Shown: in pieces, positions 22,395 to 32,617 of the stretch
How positions within the stretch are numbered: the stretch's first letter is position 1
How the letters are laid out: every line of letters begins with the position of its first letter
NCBI RefSeq assembly: GCF_048403405.1
Contig: NZ_CP183129.1
Length of the DNA stretch: 64,000 bases
Direction: 5' to 3' (one strand)
Origin: Escherichia coli
Lineage (GTDB): Bacteria; Pseudomonadota; Gammaproteobacteria; Enterobacterales; Enterobacteriaceae
Translations under genes and position numbers: made by a program
The notes under the pieces: generated by a model
Seen by the model: only the letters and a program-made list of their open reading frames with translations
What the model was told of the DNA's origin: nothing
Databases searched by the model: none

Positions 22395-24674
22395 ATGGAT
22401 GACCAGTTAAAACAAAGTGCACTTGATTTCCATGAATTTCCAGTTCCAGGGAAAATCCAGGTTTCTCCAACCAAGCCTCTGGCAACGCAGCGCGATCTGG
22501 CGCTGGCCTACTCACCAGGCGTTGCCGCACCTTGTCTTGAAATCGAAAAAGACCCGTTAAAAGCCTACAAATATACCGCGCGCGGTAACCTGGTGGCGGT
22601 GATCTCTAACGGTACGGCGGTGCTGGGGTTAGGCAACATTGGCGCGCTGGCAGGCAAACCGGTGATGGAAGGCAAGGGCGTTCTGTTTAAGAAATTCGCC
22701 GGGATTGATGTATTTGACATTGAAGTTGATGAACTCGACCCGGACAAATTTATTGAAGTCGTCGCCGCGCTTGAACCGACCTTCGGCGGCATCAACCTCG
22801 AAGACATTAAAGCGCCAGAATGTTTCTATATTGAACAGAAACTGCGCGAGCGGATGAATATTCCGGTATTCCACGACGATCAGCACGGCACGGCAATCAT
22901 CAGCACTGCCGCCATCCTCAACGGTTTGCGCGTGGTGGAGAAAAACATCTCTGACGTGCGGATGGTGGTTTCCGGCGCGGGTGCCGCAGCAATCGCCTGT
23001 ATGAACCTGCTGGTAGCGCTGGGTCTGCAAAAACATAACATCGTGGTTTGCGACTCAAAAGGCGTTATCTATCAGGGCCGTGAGCCAAACATGGCGGAAA
23101 CCAAAGCCGCATATGCGGTGGTGGATGACGGCAAACGTACCCTCGATGATGTGATTGAAGGCGCGGATATTTTCCTCGGCTGTTCCGGCCCGAAAGTGCT
23201 GACCCAGGAAATGGTGAAGAAAATGGCTCGAGCGCCAATGATCCTGGCGCTGGCGAACCCGGAACCGGAAATTCTGCCGCCGCTGGCGAAAGAAGTGCGT
23301 CCGGATGCCATCATCTGCACCGGTCGTTCCGACTACCCGAACCAGGTGAACAACGTTCTTTGCTTCCCGTTCATCTTCCGTGGCGCGCTGGACGTTGGCG
23401 CAACGGCTATCAATGAAGAGATGAAACTGGCGGCAGTACGCGCGATTGCAGAACTGGCCCATGCGGAACAGAGTGAAGTGGTGGCTTCAGCTTATGGCGA
23501 TCAGGATCTGAGCTTTGGTCCGGAATACATCATTCCAAAACCGTTTGATCCGCGCTTGATCGTTAAGATCGCTCCTGCGGTCGCTAAAGCCGCGATGGAG
23601 TCGGGCGTGGCGACGCGTCCGATTGCTGATTTCGACGTCTACATCGACAAGCTGACGGAGTTCGTTTACAAAACCAACCTGTTTATGAAGCCGATTTTTT
23701 CCCAGGCTCGCAAAGCGCCGAAGCGCGTCGTTCTGCCGGAAGGGGAAGAGGCGCGCGTTCTGCATGCCACTCAGGAACTGGTAACGCTGGGGCTGGCGAA
23801 ACCGATCCTTATCGGTCGTCCGAACGTGATCGAAATGCGCATTCAGAAACTGGGCTTGCAGATCAAAGCGGGTGTTGATTTTGAGATCGTCAATAACGAA
23901 TCCGATCCGCGCTTTAAAGAGTACTGGACTGAATACTTCCAGATCATGAAGCGTCGCGGTGTCACTCAGGAACAGGCTCAGCGTGCGCTGATCAGTAATC
24001 CGACAGTGATCGGCGCAATCATGGTTCAGCGTGGCGAAGCCGATGCAATGATCTGCGGTACGGTGGGCGATTATCATGAACATTTTAGCGTGGTAAAAAA
24101 TGTCTTTGGTTATCGCGATGGCGTTCACACCGCAGGTGCCATGAACGCGCTGCTGCTGCCGAGTGGTAACACCTTTATTGCCGATACCTACGTCAATGAC
24201 GAACCAGACGCAGAAGAGCTGGCGGAGATCACCTTGATGGCGGCAGAAACTGTTCGTCGTTTTGGCATTGAGCCGCGTGTGGCTCTGTTGTCGCACTCCA
24301 ACTTTGGTTCTTCTGACTGCCCGTCGTCGAGCAAAATGCGTCAGGCGCTGGAACTGGTCAGGGAACGTGCACCAGAACTGATGATTGATGGTGAAATGCA
24401 CGGCGATGCAGCGCTGGTGGAAGCGATTCGCAGCGACCGTATGCCGGACAGCCCTTTGAAAGGTTCCGCTAATATTCTGGTGATGCCGAACATGGAAGCT
24501 GCCCGCATTAGTTACAACTTATTGCGCGTTTCCAGCTCGGAAGGTGTGACTGTCGGCCCGGTGCTGATGGGCGTGGCGAAACCGGTTCACGTGTTAACGC
24601 CGATCGCATCGGTACGTCGTATCGTCAACATGGTGGCGCTAGCCGTGGTTGAAGCACAAACCCAACCGCTGTAA
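22395..24674 (+). CDS. maeB: NADP-dependent malic enzyme (malic enzyme core + phosphotransacetylase-like C-terminal domain)
   Basis: 759 aa, [44 protein letters not shown]... Confidence 0.93.
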   Translation: MDDQLKQSALDFHEFPVPGKIQVSPTKPLATQRDLALAYSPGVAAPCLEIEKDPLKAYKYTARGNLVAVISNGTAVLGLGNIGALAGKPVMEGKGVLFKKFAGIDVFDIEVDELDPDKFIEVVAALEPTFGGINLEDIKAPECFYIEQKLRERMNIPVFHDDQHGTAIISTAAILNGLRVVEKNISDVRMVVSGAGAAAIACMNLLVALGLQKHNIVVCDSKGVIYQGREPNMAETKAAYAVVDDGKRTLDDVIEGADIFLGCSGPKVLTQEMVKKMARAPMILALANPEPEILPPLAKEVRPDAIICTGRSDYPNQVNNVLCFPFIFRGALDVGATAINEEMKLAAVRAIAELAHAEQSEVVASAYGDQDLSFGPEYIIPKPFDPRLIVKIAPAVAKAAMESGVATRPIADFDVYIDKLTEFVYKTNLFMKPIFSQARKAPKRVVLPEGEEARVLHATQELVTLGLAKPILIGRPNVIEMRIQKLGLQIKAGVDFEIVNNESDPRFKEYWTEYFQIMKRRGVTQEQAQRALISNPTVIGAIMVQRGEADAMICGTVGDYHEHFSVVKNVFGYRDGVHTAGAMNALLLPSGNTFIADTYVNDEPDAEELAEITLMAAETVRRFGIEPRVALLSHSNFGSSDCPSSSKMRQALELVRERAPELMIDGEMHGDAALVEAIRSDRMPDSPLKGSANILVMPNMEAARISYNLLRVSSSEGVTVGPVLMGVAKPVHVLTPIASVRRIVNMVALAVVEAQTQPL

Positions 24675-24692
24675 TTCATTCTTAACTCTCAC

Positions 24693-24727
24693 GCTTACCC
24701 TGAATATTCAGGGTAAGCGGTTTTCCT
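24693..24727 (+). terminator. strong intrinsic terminator after maeB
   Basis: Perfect palindrome GCTTACCCTGAATA/TATTCAGGGTAAGC followed by GGTTTTCC, 19 bp after the maeB stop. Confidence 0.8.
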
Positions 24728-24966
24728 GAAATATATTAGCAAAGCTTATTACTGAGTTTGCGAATAATAAAAAAAGCAGTATATAAAATATCTCGATATT
24801 ATTTTATTTATATTCATGCCTCGCATATGAAAGTTTATTCATAACAGTAAATATCTCTCCATTCTTAGTGATCTACCTCACCTTTTAAACGCGCTTGCCG
24901 AATTTTGTTATTTACTCTGACGAAAAATTGTCACGATACACGAAAGTTTTTCACAGGCGGCGACTC

Positions 24967-25302
24967 ATGGATAAAGAACGCATCATTCAGGAATTTGTGC
25001 CCGGCAAACAGGTCACACTGGCGCATCTCATCGCGCATCCCGGCGAGGAACTGGAGAAGAAAATCGGCGTTCCTGATGCGGGCGCAATCGGCATTATGAC
25101 GCTAACTCCCGGCGAAACGGCGATGATCGCCGGTGATTTAGCACTAAAAGCCGCCGATGTGCATATCGGTTTTCTCGACCGTTTTAGCGGCGCGTTGGTG
25201 ATTTATGGCTCGGTGGGTGCAGTAGAAGAAGCGTTATCACAAACCGTCAGCGGTTTAGGGCGTTTATTAAATTATACGCTTTGTGAAATGACCAAAAGTT
25301 AA
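24967..25302 (+). CDS. eutS: ethanolamine-utilisation microcompartment shell protein EutS (BMC domain)
   Basis: ATG 24967: [57 protein letters not shown]... (111 aa). The track start at 24895 is upstream in-frame in an AT-rich leader. Confidence 0.9.
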   Translation: MDKERIIQEFVPGKQVTLAHLIAHPGEELEKKIGVPDAGAIGIMTLTPGETAMIAGDLALKAADVHIGFLDRFSGALVIYGSVGAVEEALSQTVSGLGRLLNYTLCEMTKS

Positions 25303-25314
25303 TACGAGGCATTC

Positions 25315-25794
25315 ATGAAACGAATTGCGTTTGTGGGTACCGTCGGGGCAGGAAAAACAACGTTATTTAATGCGTTGCAGGGAGATTATACCCTCGCCAG
25401 AAAAACGCAGGCCGTAGAATTTAATGATAAGGGCGATATTGATACGCCGGGTGAATATTTTAGCCATCCCCGCTGGTATCACGCCTTAATTACCACGCTA
25501 CAGGATGTGGACATGCTGATCTATGTCCATGGCGCGAATGACCCGGAAAGTCGGTTGCCTGCCGGGTTGCTGGATATTGGCGTCAGCAAACGGCAAATCG
25601 CCGTCATCAGTAAAACGGACATGCCAGATGCTGACGTCGCCGCAACGCGAAAGTTATTGCTTGAGACGGGCTTCGAAGAGCCGATTTTCGAGCTAAACAG
25701 CCACGACCCGCAAAGCGTGCAGCAACTGGTGGATTATCTGGCATCTCTCACCAAACAGGAGGAAGCAGGTGAAAAAACTCATCACAGCGAATGA
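25315..25794 (+). CDS. eutP: EutP, P-loop NTPase of the eut operon
   Basis: 159 aa; Walker A GTVGAGKTT. Confidence 0.9.
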   Translation: MKRIAFVGTVGAGKTTLFNALQGDYTLARKTQAVEFNDKGDIDTPGEYFSHPRWYHALITTLQDVDMLIYVHGANDPESRLPAGLLDIGVSKRQIAVISKTDMPDADVAATRKLLLETGFEEPIFELNSHDPQSVQQLVDYLASLTKQEEAGEKTHHSE

Positions 25795-26470
25795 TATTCG
25801 TGAAGCACACGCGCGCGGCGAACAGGCAATGTCCGTGGTTCTGCGCGCCAGCATTATTACCCCGGAAGCCCGTGAAGTGGCAGATCTACTGGGTTTTACC
25901 ATCACTGAATGTGATGAATCGACCCCGGTAACGGCGTCCGTTCCCGCCTGCGTGCCAGCCGATAAAACCGAAAGCCAGCGTATCCGCGAAACCATCATCG
26001 CCCAGCTACCGGAAGGCCAGTTTACCGAAAGCCTGGTCGCGCAGCTGATGGAAAAAGTGATGAAGGAAAAACAGTCACTGGAGCAGGGTGCAATGCAGCC
26101 GAGTTTCAAATCGGTGACCGGCAAAGGCGGCATCAAAGTTATTGATGGCAGCAGCGTCAAGTTTGGTCGTTTCGACGGCGCAGAGCCGCATTGCGTGGGC
26201 TTGACTGATCTTGTGACCGGAGACGACGGCAGCAGCATGGCCGCCGGTTTTATGCAGTGGGAGAACGCATTCTTCCCGTGGACCCTGAACTACGACGAAA
26301 TCGACATGGTGCTGGAAGGGGAGCTGCATGTTCGCCACGAAGGCGAAACCATGATCGCCAAAGCAGGCGACGTAATGTTTATCCCGAAAGGCTCCAGCAT
26401 CGAATTTGGTACGACATCCAGCGTGAAATTCCTGTATGTCGCCTGGCCGGCTAACTGGCAATCCCTATGA
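25769..26470 (+). CDS. eutQ: EutQ, cupin-fold protein (acetate kinase activity reported)
   Basis: 233 aa; overlaps eutP by 26 bp in a different frame. Confidence 0.88.
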   Translation: MKKLITANDIREAHARGEQAMSVVLRASIITPEAREVADLLGFTITECDESTPVTASVPACVPADKTESQRIRETIIAQLPEGQFTESLVAQLMEKVMKEKQSLEQGAMQPSFKSVTGKGGIKVIDGSSVKFGRFDGAEPHCVGLTDLVTGDDGSSMAAGFMQWENAFFPWTLNYDEIDMVLEGELHVRHEGETMIAKAGDVMFIPKGSSIEFGTTSSVKFLYVAWPANWQSL

Positions 26471-27270
26471 AAGATTTCATCACCGAAGCATGGCTAAGAG
26501 CGAATCATACGCTTAGCGAAGGCGCAGAGATCCATCTCCCTGCGGACAGTCGCCTGACGCCCTCTGCCCGGGAGTTGCTGGAAAGCCGCCATCTGCGCAT
26601 CAAGTTTATTGACGAGCAGGGCCGCCTGTTTGTTGACGATGAACAGCAGCAGCCGCAGCCCGTTCACGGGCTGACCAGTAGTGATGAACATCGGCAGGCG
26701 TGCTGCGAACTGTGCCGCCAGCCGGTGGCGAAAAAGCCGGACACGCTGACTCACCTGTCGGCGGAAAAAATGGTCGCCAAAAGCGATCCGCGTCTGGGTT
26801 TTCGCGCGGTTCTCGACAGCACCATTGCGCTGGCAGTGTGGCTGCAAATTGAACTGGCGGAACCGTGGCAGCCGTGGCTGGCGGACATCCGCTCGCGTCT
26901 TGGCAACATTATGCGCGCCGATGCGCTGGGGGAACCGCTGGCCTGCCAAGCGATTGTCGGGCTTTCTGACGAAGATCTGCATCGGCTTTCTCATCAGCCG
27001 CTGCGCTATCTTGGTCACGATCATCTGGTGCCGGAAGCCAGCCACGGGCGCGATGCGGCGTTACTCAATCTGCTACGCACCAAAGTGCGGGAAACCGAAA
27101 CCGTAGCGGCGCAGGTGTTTATAACCCGCAGTTTTGAAGTATTACGCCCGGACATCTTGCAGGCGCTGAACCGCCTTTCGAGCACGGTCTACGTGATGAT
27201 GATCCTGAGCGTAACGAAGCAGCCGCTAACGGTGAAGCAGATCCAACAACGACTGGGGGAAACGCAATGA
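26467..27270 (+). CDS. eutT: EutT, ATP:cob(I)alamin adenosyltransferase
   Basis: 267 aa; 4-bp overlap (ATGA) with eutQ. Confidence 0.88.
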   Translation: MKDFITEAWLRANHTLSEGAEIHLPADSRLTPSARELLESRHLRIKFIDEQGRLFVDDEQQQPQPVHGLTSSDEHRQACCELCRQPVAKKPDTLTHLSAEKMVAKSDPRLGFRAVLDSTIALAVWLQIELAEPWQPWLADIRSRLGNIMRADALGEPLACQAIVGLSDEDLHRLSHQPLRYLGHDHLVPEASHGRDAALLNLLRTKVRETETVAAQVFITRSFEVLRPDILQALNRLSSTVYVMMILSVTKQPLTVKQIQQRLGETQ

Positions 27271-28283
27271 TTATTGAACGTTGTCGTGAACTGGCGTTGC
27301 GAGCGCCCGCCAGAGTGGTTTTTCCGGATGCGTTAGATCAACGTGTGCTGAAAGCCGCGCAATATTTACATCAACAAGGTCTGGCAACGCCCATTCTGGT
27401 CGCCAATCCGTTTGAACTTCGTCAGTTTGCGCTCAGTCACGGCGTGGCGATGGACGGGCTACAGGTGATAGATCCGCATGGCAACCTCGCAATGCGGGAA
27501 GAATTTGCTCTCCGCTGGCTGGCCCGTGCGGGCGAAAAAACGCCGCCGGATGCGTTGGAAAAACTCACCGATCCGCTGATGTTCGCTGCCGCAATGGTCA
27601 GCGCCGGGACAGCGGATGTCTGTATCGCGGGCAATCTCTCTTCCACGGCGAATGTGCTGCGTGCCGGATTACGCATTATTGGCTTACAGCCAGGCTGTAA
27701 AACGCTCTCCTCCATTTTCCTGATGCTGCCACAGTACAGTGGCCCCGCATTGGGCTTTGCCGATTGCAGCGTAGTGCCACAGCCGACGGCGGCGCAGCTG
27801 GCGGATATCGCGCTTGCCAGCGCCGAAACCTGGCGCGCCATCACCGGAGAAGAGCCGCGCGTGGCGATGCTGTCGTTTTCCAGCAACGGTAGTGCCCGTC
27901 ACCCCTGCGTTGCCAACGTCCAGCAGGCGACAGAAATCGTCCGTGAGCGCGCACCGAAGCTGGTGGTGGATGGCGAGTTGCAGTTTGACGCCGCCTTCGT
28001 GCCGGAAGTGGCGGCGCAAAAAGCGCCTGCCAGCCCGCTACAAGGCAAGGCCAATGTGATGGTTTTTCCGTCGCTGGAAGCCGGAAATATTGGCTACAAA
28101 ATCGCACAACGACTCGGCGGATATCGTGCCGTCGGGCCATTGATACAAGGGCTTGCCGCGCCGATGCACGATCTCTCTCGTGGTTGTAGCGTGCAGGAAA
28201 TTATCGAGCTGGCGCTGGTGGCAGCTGTGCCGCGTCAGACAGAAGTGAACCGCGAAAGCAGTTTACAAACACTGGTTGAATGA
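27267..28283 (+). CDS. eutD: EutD, phosphotransacetylase
   Basis: 338 aa, Pta-like (resembles the C-terminal domain of maeB/pta); 4-bp overlap with eutT. Confidence 0.9.
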   Translation: MIIERCRELALRAPARVVFPDALDQRVLKAAQYLHQQGLATPILVANPFELRQFALSHGVAMDGLQVIDPHGNLAMREEFALRWLARAGEKTPPDALEKLTDPLMFAAAMVSAGTADVCIAGNLSSTANVLRAGLRIIGLQPGCKTLSSIFLMLPQYSGPALGFADCSVVPQPTAAQLADIALASAETWRAITGEEPRVAMLSFSSNGSARHPCVANVQQATEIVRERAPKLVVDGELQFDAAFVPEVAAQKAPASPLQGKANVMVFPSLEAGNIGYKIAQRLGGYRAVGPLIQGLAAPMHDLSRGCSVQEIIELALVAAVPRQTEVNRESSLQTLVE

Positions 28284-28321
28284 ACGGTCCCGTTCTGGAC
28301 CCTGATAAAGAGGAAAGCACA

Positions 28322-28615
28322 ATGGAAGCATTAGGAATGATCGAAACCCGGGGCCTGGTTGCACTGATTGAGGCTTCTGACGCGATGGTGAAAGCTGCGC
28401 GCGTCAAGCTGGTTGGTGTTAAGCAGATTGGCGGCGGCCTGTGTACTGCCATGGTTCGTGGTGATGTTGCAGCCTGTAAAGCCGCGACCGACGCAGGTGC
28501 TGCAGCGGCACAGCGTATCGGCGAGCTGGTATCTGTACACGTTATCCCGCGTCCGCACGGCGACCTGGAAGAAGTCTTCCCGATCGGCCTGAAAGGCGAT
28601 AGCAGCAACCTGTAA
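28322..28615 (+). CDS. eutM: EutM, hexameric BMC shell protein
   Basis: ATG 28322: [55 protein letters not shown]... (97 aa). The track start at 28280 is upstream in-frame. Confidence 0.92.
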   Translation: MEALGMIETRGLVALIEASDAMVKAARVKLVGVKQIGGGLCTAMVRGDVAACKAATDAGAAAAQRIGELVSVHVIPRPHGDLEEVFPIGLKGDSSNL

Positions 28616-28623
28616 TCACCCTG

Positions 28624-28660
28624 TGTGACGTCGATTCGGGCGTCACGCTCTCTCCTTTTT
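28624..28660 (+). other. stem-loop with U-rich tail in the eutM-eutN spacer (possible partial terminator or mRNA-stability element)
   Basis: GTGACG-tcgattcggg-CGTCAC followed by GCTCTCTCCTTTTTCAGTTTTCC, inside a 106-bp spacer in an otherwise tightly packed operon. Confidence 0.5.
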
Positions 28661-28721
28661 CAGTTTTCCTTCCGCGGAGGGTAGGGGGAGCTTTTACCTG
28701 AAATACGCCACGGAGGCGGGT

Positions 28722-29009
28722 ATGAAACTGGCAGTCGTCACTGGACAAATTGTTTGTACCGTACGCCATCACGGACTGGCGCATGACAAATTGCTGATGG
28801 TGGAAATGATTGATCCACAAGGTAATCCTGACGGGCAATGCGCCGTCGCCATCGACAATATTGGCGCGGGAACCGGGGAGTGGGTGTTGCTGGTGAGTGG
28901 CAGTTCTGCCCGCCAGGCGCATAAAAGCGAAACATCACCGGTCGATCTGTGCGTGATTGGCATCGTCGATGAGGTGGTGTCTGGCGGTCAGGTAATTTTC
29001 CACAAATAA
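28722..29009 (+). CDS. eutN: EutN, pentameric vertex shell protein
   Basis: 95 aa, MKLAVVTGQIVCTVRHHGLAHDKLLMVEMIDPQGNPDGQCAVAIDNIGAG... Confidence 0.9.
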   Translation: MKLAVVTGQIVCTVRHHGLAHDKLLMVEMIDPQGNPDGQCAVAIDNIGAGTGEWVLLVSGSSARQAHKSETSPVDLCVIGIVDEVVSGGQVIFHK

Positions 29010-29020
29010 GGCAGAACATC

Positions 29021-30424
29021 ATGAATCAACAGGATATTGAACAGGTGGTGAAAGCGGTACTGCTGAAAATGCAAAGCAGTGACACGCCGCCCGCCGCCGT
29101 TCATGAGATGGGCGTTTTCGCGTCCCTGGATGACGCCGTTGCGGCAGCCAAAATTGCCCAGCAAGGGTTAAAGAGCGTGGCAATGCGCCAGTTAGCCATT
29201 GCTGCCATTCGTGAAGCAGGCGAAAAACACGCCAGAGATTTAGCGGAACTTGCCGTCAGTGAAACCGGCATGGGCCGCGTCGAAGATAAATTTGCCAAAA
29301 ACGTCGCTCAGGCGCGCGGCACACCAGGCGTTGAGTGCCTCTCACCACAGGTGCTGACCGGTGACAACGGCCTGACCCTGATTGAAAACGCACCCTGGGG
29401 CGTGGTGGCTTCGGTGACGCCTTCCACTAACCCGGCGGCAACCGTAATTAACAACGCCATCAGCCTGATTGCCGCGGGCAACAGCGTCATTTTTGCCCCG
29501 CATCCGGCGGCGAAAAAAGTCTCCCAGCGGGCGATTACGCTGCTCAACCAGGCGATTGTTGCCGCAGGCGGGCCGGAAAACTTACTGGTTACTGTGGCCA
29601 ATCCGGATATCGAAACCGCACAACGCTTGTTCAAGTTTCCCGGCATCGGCCTGCTGGTGGTGACCGGCGGCGAAGCGGTAGTAGAAGCGGCGCGTAAACA
29701 CACCAATAAACGTCTGATTGCCGCAGGCGCTGGCAACCCGCCGGTAGTGGTGGATGAAACCGCTGACCTCGCCCGTGCTGCTCAGTCCATCGTCAAAGGC
29801 GCGTCTTTCGATAACAACATCATTTGTGCCGACGAAAAGGTACTGATTGTTGTTGATAGCGTAGCCGATGAACTGATGCGTCTGATGGAAGGCCAGCACG
29901 CGGTGAAACTGACCGCAGAGCAGGCGCAGCAGCTGCAACCGGTGTTGCTGAAAAATATCGACGAGCGCGGAAAAGGCACCGTCAGCCGTGACTGGGTTGG
30001 TCGCGATGCGGCGAAAATCGCGGCGGCAATCGGCTTTGAAGTTCCGGAACAAACGCGACTGCTGTTTGTAGAAACCACCGCAGAACATCCGTTTGCTGTG
30101 ACTGAACTGATGATGCCGGTGCTGCCCGTCGTGCGCGTCGCCAACGTGGCGGATGCCATTGCGCTGGCGGTGAAACTGGAAGGCGGTTGCCATCACACGG
30201 CGGCAATGCACTCGCGCAACATCGAGAACATGAACCAGATGGCGAACGCCATTGATACCAGCATTTTCGTTAAGAACGGACCGTGCATTGCCGGGCTGGG
30301 GCTGGGCGGGGAAGGCTGGACCACCATGACCATCACCACGCCAACCGGTGAAGGGGTAACCAGCGCGCGTACGTTTGTCCGTCTGCGTCGCTGTGTATTA
30401 GTTGATGCGTTTCGCATTGTTTAA
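29021..30424 (+). CDS. eutE: EutE, CoA-acylating acetaldehyde dehydrogenase
   Basis: 467 aa aldehyde dehydrogenase family with catalytic Cys context (NIICADEKV). Confidence 0.9.
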   Translation: MNQQDIEQVVKAVLLKMQSSDTPPAAVHEMGVFASLDDAVAAAKIAQQGLKSVAMRQLAIAAIREAGEKHARDLAELAVSETGMGRVEDKFAKNVAQARGTPGVECLSPQVLTGDNGLTLIENAPWGVVASVTPSTNPAATVINNAISLIAAGNSVIFAPHPAAKKVSQRAITLLNQAIVAAGGPENLLVTVANPDIETAQRLFKFPGIGLLVVTGGEAVVEAARKHTNKRLIAAGAGNPPVVVDETADLARAAQSIVKGASFDNNIICADEKVLIVVDSVADELMRLMEGQHAVKLTAEQAQQLQPVLLKNIDERGKGTVSRDWVGRDAAKIAAAIGFEVPEQTRLLFVETTAEHPFAVTELMMPVLPVVRVANVADAIALAVKLEGGCHHTAAMHSRNIENMNQMANAIDTSIFVKNGPCIAGLGLGGEGWTTMTITTPTGEGVTSARTFVRLRRCVLVDAFRIV

Positions 30425-30434
30425 GGAGTAACCG

Positions 30435-31271
30435 ATGGCGCACGACGAACAATGGCTCACCCCACGTCTGCAAACGGCGGCAACGCTGTGTAACCAGACG
30501 CCCGCCACGACGGAGTCTCCGCTGTGGCTGGGGGTAGATCTGGGCACCTGCGATGTGGTGTCGATGGTTGTCGACCGCGACGGTCAGCCGGTGGCGGTAT
30601 GCCTCGACTGGGCTGATGTGGTCCGCGACGGCATCGTCTGGGATTTCTTCGGTGCGGTCACCATTGTTCGTCGCCATCTCGACACTCTTGAGCAGCAATT
30701 CGGTCGCCGTTTTAGCCATGCGGCGACCTCATTTCCTCCTGGTACGGACCCGCGTATTTCCATCAACGTGCTGGAGTCTGCCGGACTGGAAGTGAGCCAT
30801 GTGCTGGATGAGCCAACCGCAGTTGCGGATCTGCTGCAACTGGACAACGCCGGTGTAGTGGATATCGGCGGTGGCACCACCGGCATTGCCATCGTGAAAA
30901 AGGGCAAGGTGACTTACTCGGCAGATGAAGCCACCGGCGGACATCATATCTCTCTGACTCTCGCCGGAAATCGCCGTATTTCGCTGGAAGAGGCGGAGCA
31001 GTACAAGCGCGGTCACGGTGACGAGATTTGGCCTGCGGTGAAACCGGTGTACGAAAAAATGGCGGACATTGTCGCCCGGCATATTGAAGGGCAGGGCATT
31101 ACTGATTTATGGCTGGCGGGCGGCTCTTGTATGCAACCGGGCGTGGCGGAACTGTTTCGCAAACAATTCCCGGCGTTACAGGTGCATCTACCGCAGCACA
31201 GTTTGTTTATGACCCCGCTGGCGATCGCCAGTAGCGGGCGAGAGAAAGCGGAGGGGATCTATGCAAAATGA
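30435..31271 (+). CDS. eutJ: EutJ, actin/Hsp70-fold chaperone-like protein
   Basis: 278 aa; sugar-kinase/Hsp70/actin-fold motifs (DLGTCDVVS, VDIGGGTTGIAIV). Confidence 0.88.
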   Translation: MAHDEQWLTPRLQTAATLCNQTPATTESPLWLGVDLGTCDVVSMVVDRDGQPVAVCLDWADVVRDGIVWDFFGAVTIVRRHLDTLEQQFGRRFSHAATSFPPGTDPRISINVLESAGLEVSHVLDEPTAVADLLQLDNAGVVDIGGGTTGIAIVKKGKVTYSADEATGGHHISLTLAGNRRISLEEAEQYKRGHGDEIWPAVKPVYEKMADIVARHIEGQGITDLWLAGGSCMQPGVAELFRKQFPALQVHLPQHSLFMTPLAIASSGREKAEGIYAK

Positions 31272-32448
31272 ATTGCAGGCCGCGCTCTTTCAGGCGTTCG
31301 ATACCCTGAATCTGCAACGGGTAAAAACATTTAGCGTTCCACCGGTGACGCTTTGCGGTCCGGGCGCGGTGAGCAGTTGTGGGCAGCAAGCGCAAACGCG
31401 TGGGCTGAAACATCTGTTCGTGATGGCAGACAGCTTTTTGCATCAGGCAGGGATGACCGCCGGGCTGACGCGTAGCCTGGCCGTTAAAGGTATCGCCATG
31501 ACGCTCTGGCCATGTCCGGTGGGCGAACCATGCATCACCGACATGTGTGCAGCCGTGGCGCAGTTGCGTGAATCAGGCTGTGACGGGGTGATTGCGTTTG
31601 GCGGCGGCTCGGTGCTGGATGCAGCAAAAGCCGTGGCGTTGCTGGTGACGAACCCGGATAGCACGCTGGCAGAGATGTCAGAAACCAGCGTTCTGCAACC
31701 GCGCCTGCCGTTGATTGCCATTCCAACTACCGCCGGAACCGGTTCTGAAACCACCAACGTAACGGTGATTATCGACGCGGTGAGCGGGCGCAAGCAGGTG
31801 TTAGCCCACGCCTCGCTGATGCCGGATGTGGCGATTCTCGACGCTGCGCTGACCGAAGGCGTGCCGTCGCATGTCACGGCGATGACCGGTATCGACGCGT
31901 TAACCCATGCTATTGAAGCGTACAGCGCGCTGAACGCTACACCGTTTACCGACAGCCTGGCGATTGGCGCAATCGCGATGATTGGTAAATCACTGCCGAA
32001 AGCGGTGGGCTACGGTCATGACCTTGCCGCGCGCGAGAGCATGTTGCTGGCTTCATGCATGGCGGGAATGGCGTTTTCCAGTGCGGGGCTTGGGTTATGC
32101 CACGCGATGGCGCATCAGCCGGGGGCGGCGCTGCATATTCCGCACGGTCTGGCGAACGCCATGTTGTTGCCAACGGTGATGGAATTTAACCGGATGGTTT
32201 GTCGTGAACGCTTTAGTCAGATTGGTCGGGCGCTGCGAACTAAAAAATCCGACGATCGTGACGCTATTAACGCGGTAAGTGAGCTGATTGCGGAAGTCGG
32301 GATTGGTAAACGACTGGGCGATATTGGTGCGACATCTGCGCATTACGGCGCATGGGCGCAGGCCGCGCTGGAAGATATTTGTCTGCGCAGCAACCCGCGT
32401 ACCGCCAGCCTGGAGCAGATTGTCGGCCTGTACGCAGCGGCGCAATAA
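31261..32448 (+). CDS. eutG: EutG, iron-containing alcohol dehydrogenase
   Basis: 395 aa Fe-ADH family (GGGSVLDAAK); 11-bp overlap with eutJ. Confidence 0.9.
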   Translation: MQNELQAALFQAFDTLNLQRVKTFSVPPVTLCGPGAVSSCGQQAQTRGLKHLFVMADSFLHQAGMTAGLTRSLAVKGIAMTLWPCPVGEPCITDMCAAVAQLRESGCDGVIAFGGGSVLDAAKAVALLVTNPDSTLAEMSETSVLQPRLPLIAIPTTAGTGSETTNVTVIIDAVSGRKQVLAHASLMPDVAILDAALTEGVPSHVTAMTGIDALTHAIEAYSALNATPFTDSLAIGAIAMIGKSLPKAVGYGHDLAARESMLLASCMAGMAFSSAGLGLCHAMAHQPGAALHIPHGLANAMLLPTVMEFNRMVCRERFSQIGRALRTKKSDDRDAINAVSELIAEVGIGKRLGDIGATSAHYGAWAQAALEDICLRSNPRTASLEQIVGLYAAAQ

Positions 32449-32452
32449 AAGT

Positions 32453-32574
32453 GTACGGACAGTCCCCTCGCCCCTTTGGGGAGAGGGTTAGGGTGAGGGG
32501 AACAGAGTCGCGCCGGTGCAAACAATTACCCTCACCCCGGCCCCTCGGCTTCCAGAGTGAGGGAAAAACCCACT
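32453..32574 (+). repeat. GC-rich multi-palindromic repeat, copy 2 (extended), between eutG and eutH
   Basis: Core 32455-32512 nearly identical to 19062-19110; further inverted arms GGGTGAGGG / CCCTCACCC / GTGAGGG within a 169-bp gap inside the eut operon. Confidence 0.6.
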
Positions 32575-32617
32575 TTCAGCATTGGCAATAAATAACAACT
32601 AACAGGGAGTAAAGGCG

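Noticed and set aside
19062-32574. GC-rich repeats considered as a possible CRISPR array or IS inverted repeats
   Set aside because: Only two copies, 13 kb apart, with no regular repeat-spacer periodicity, no cas genes and no transposase between or beside them.
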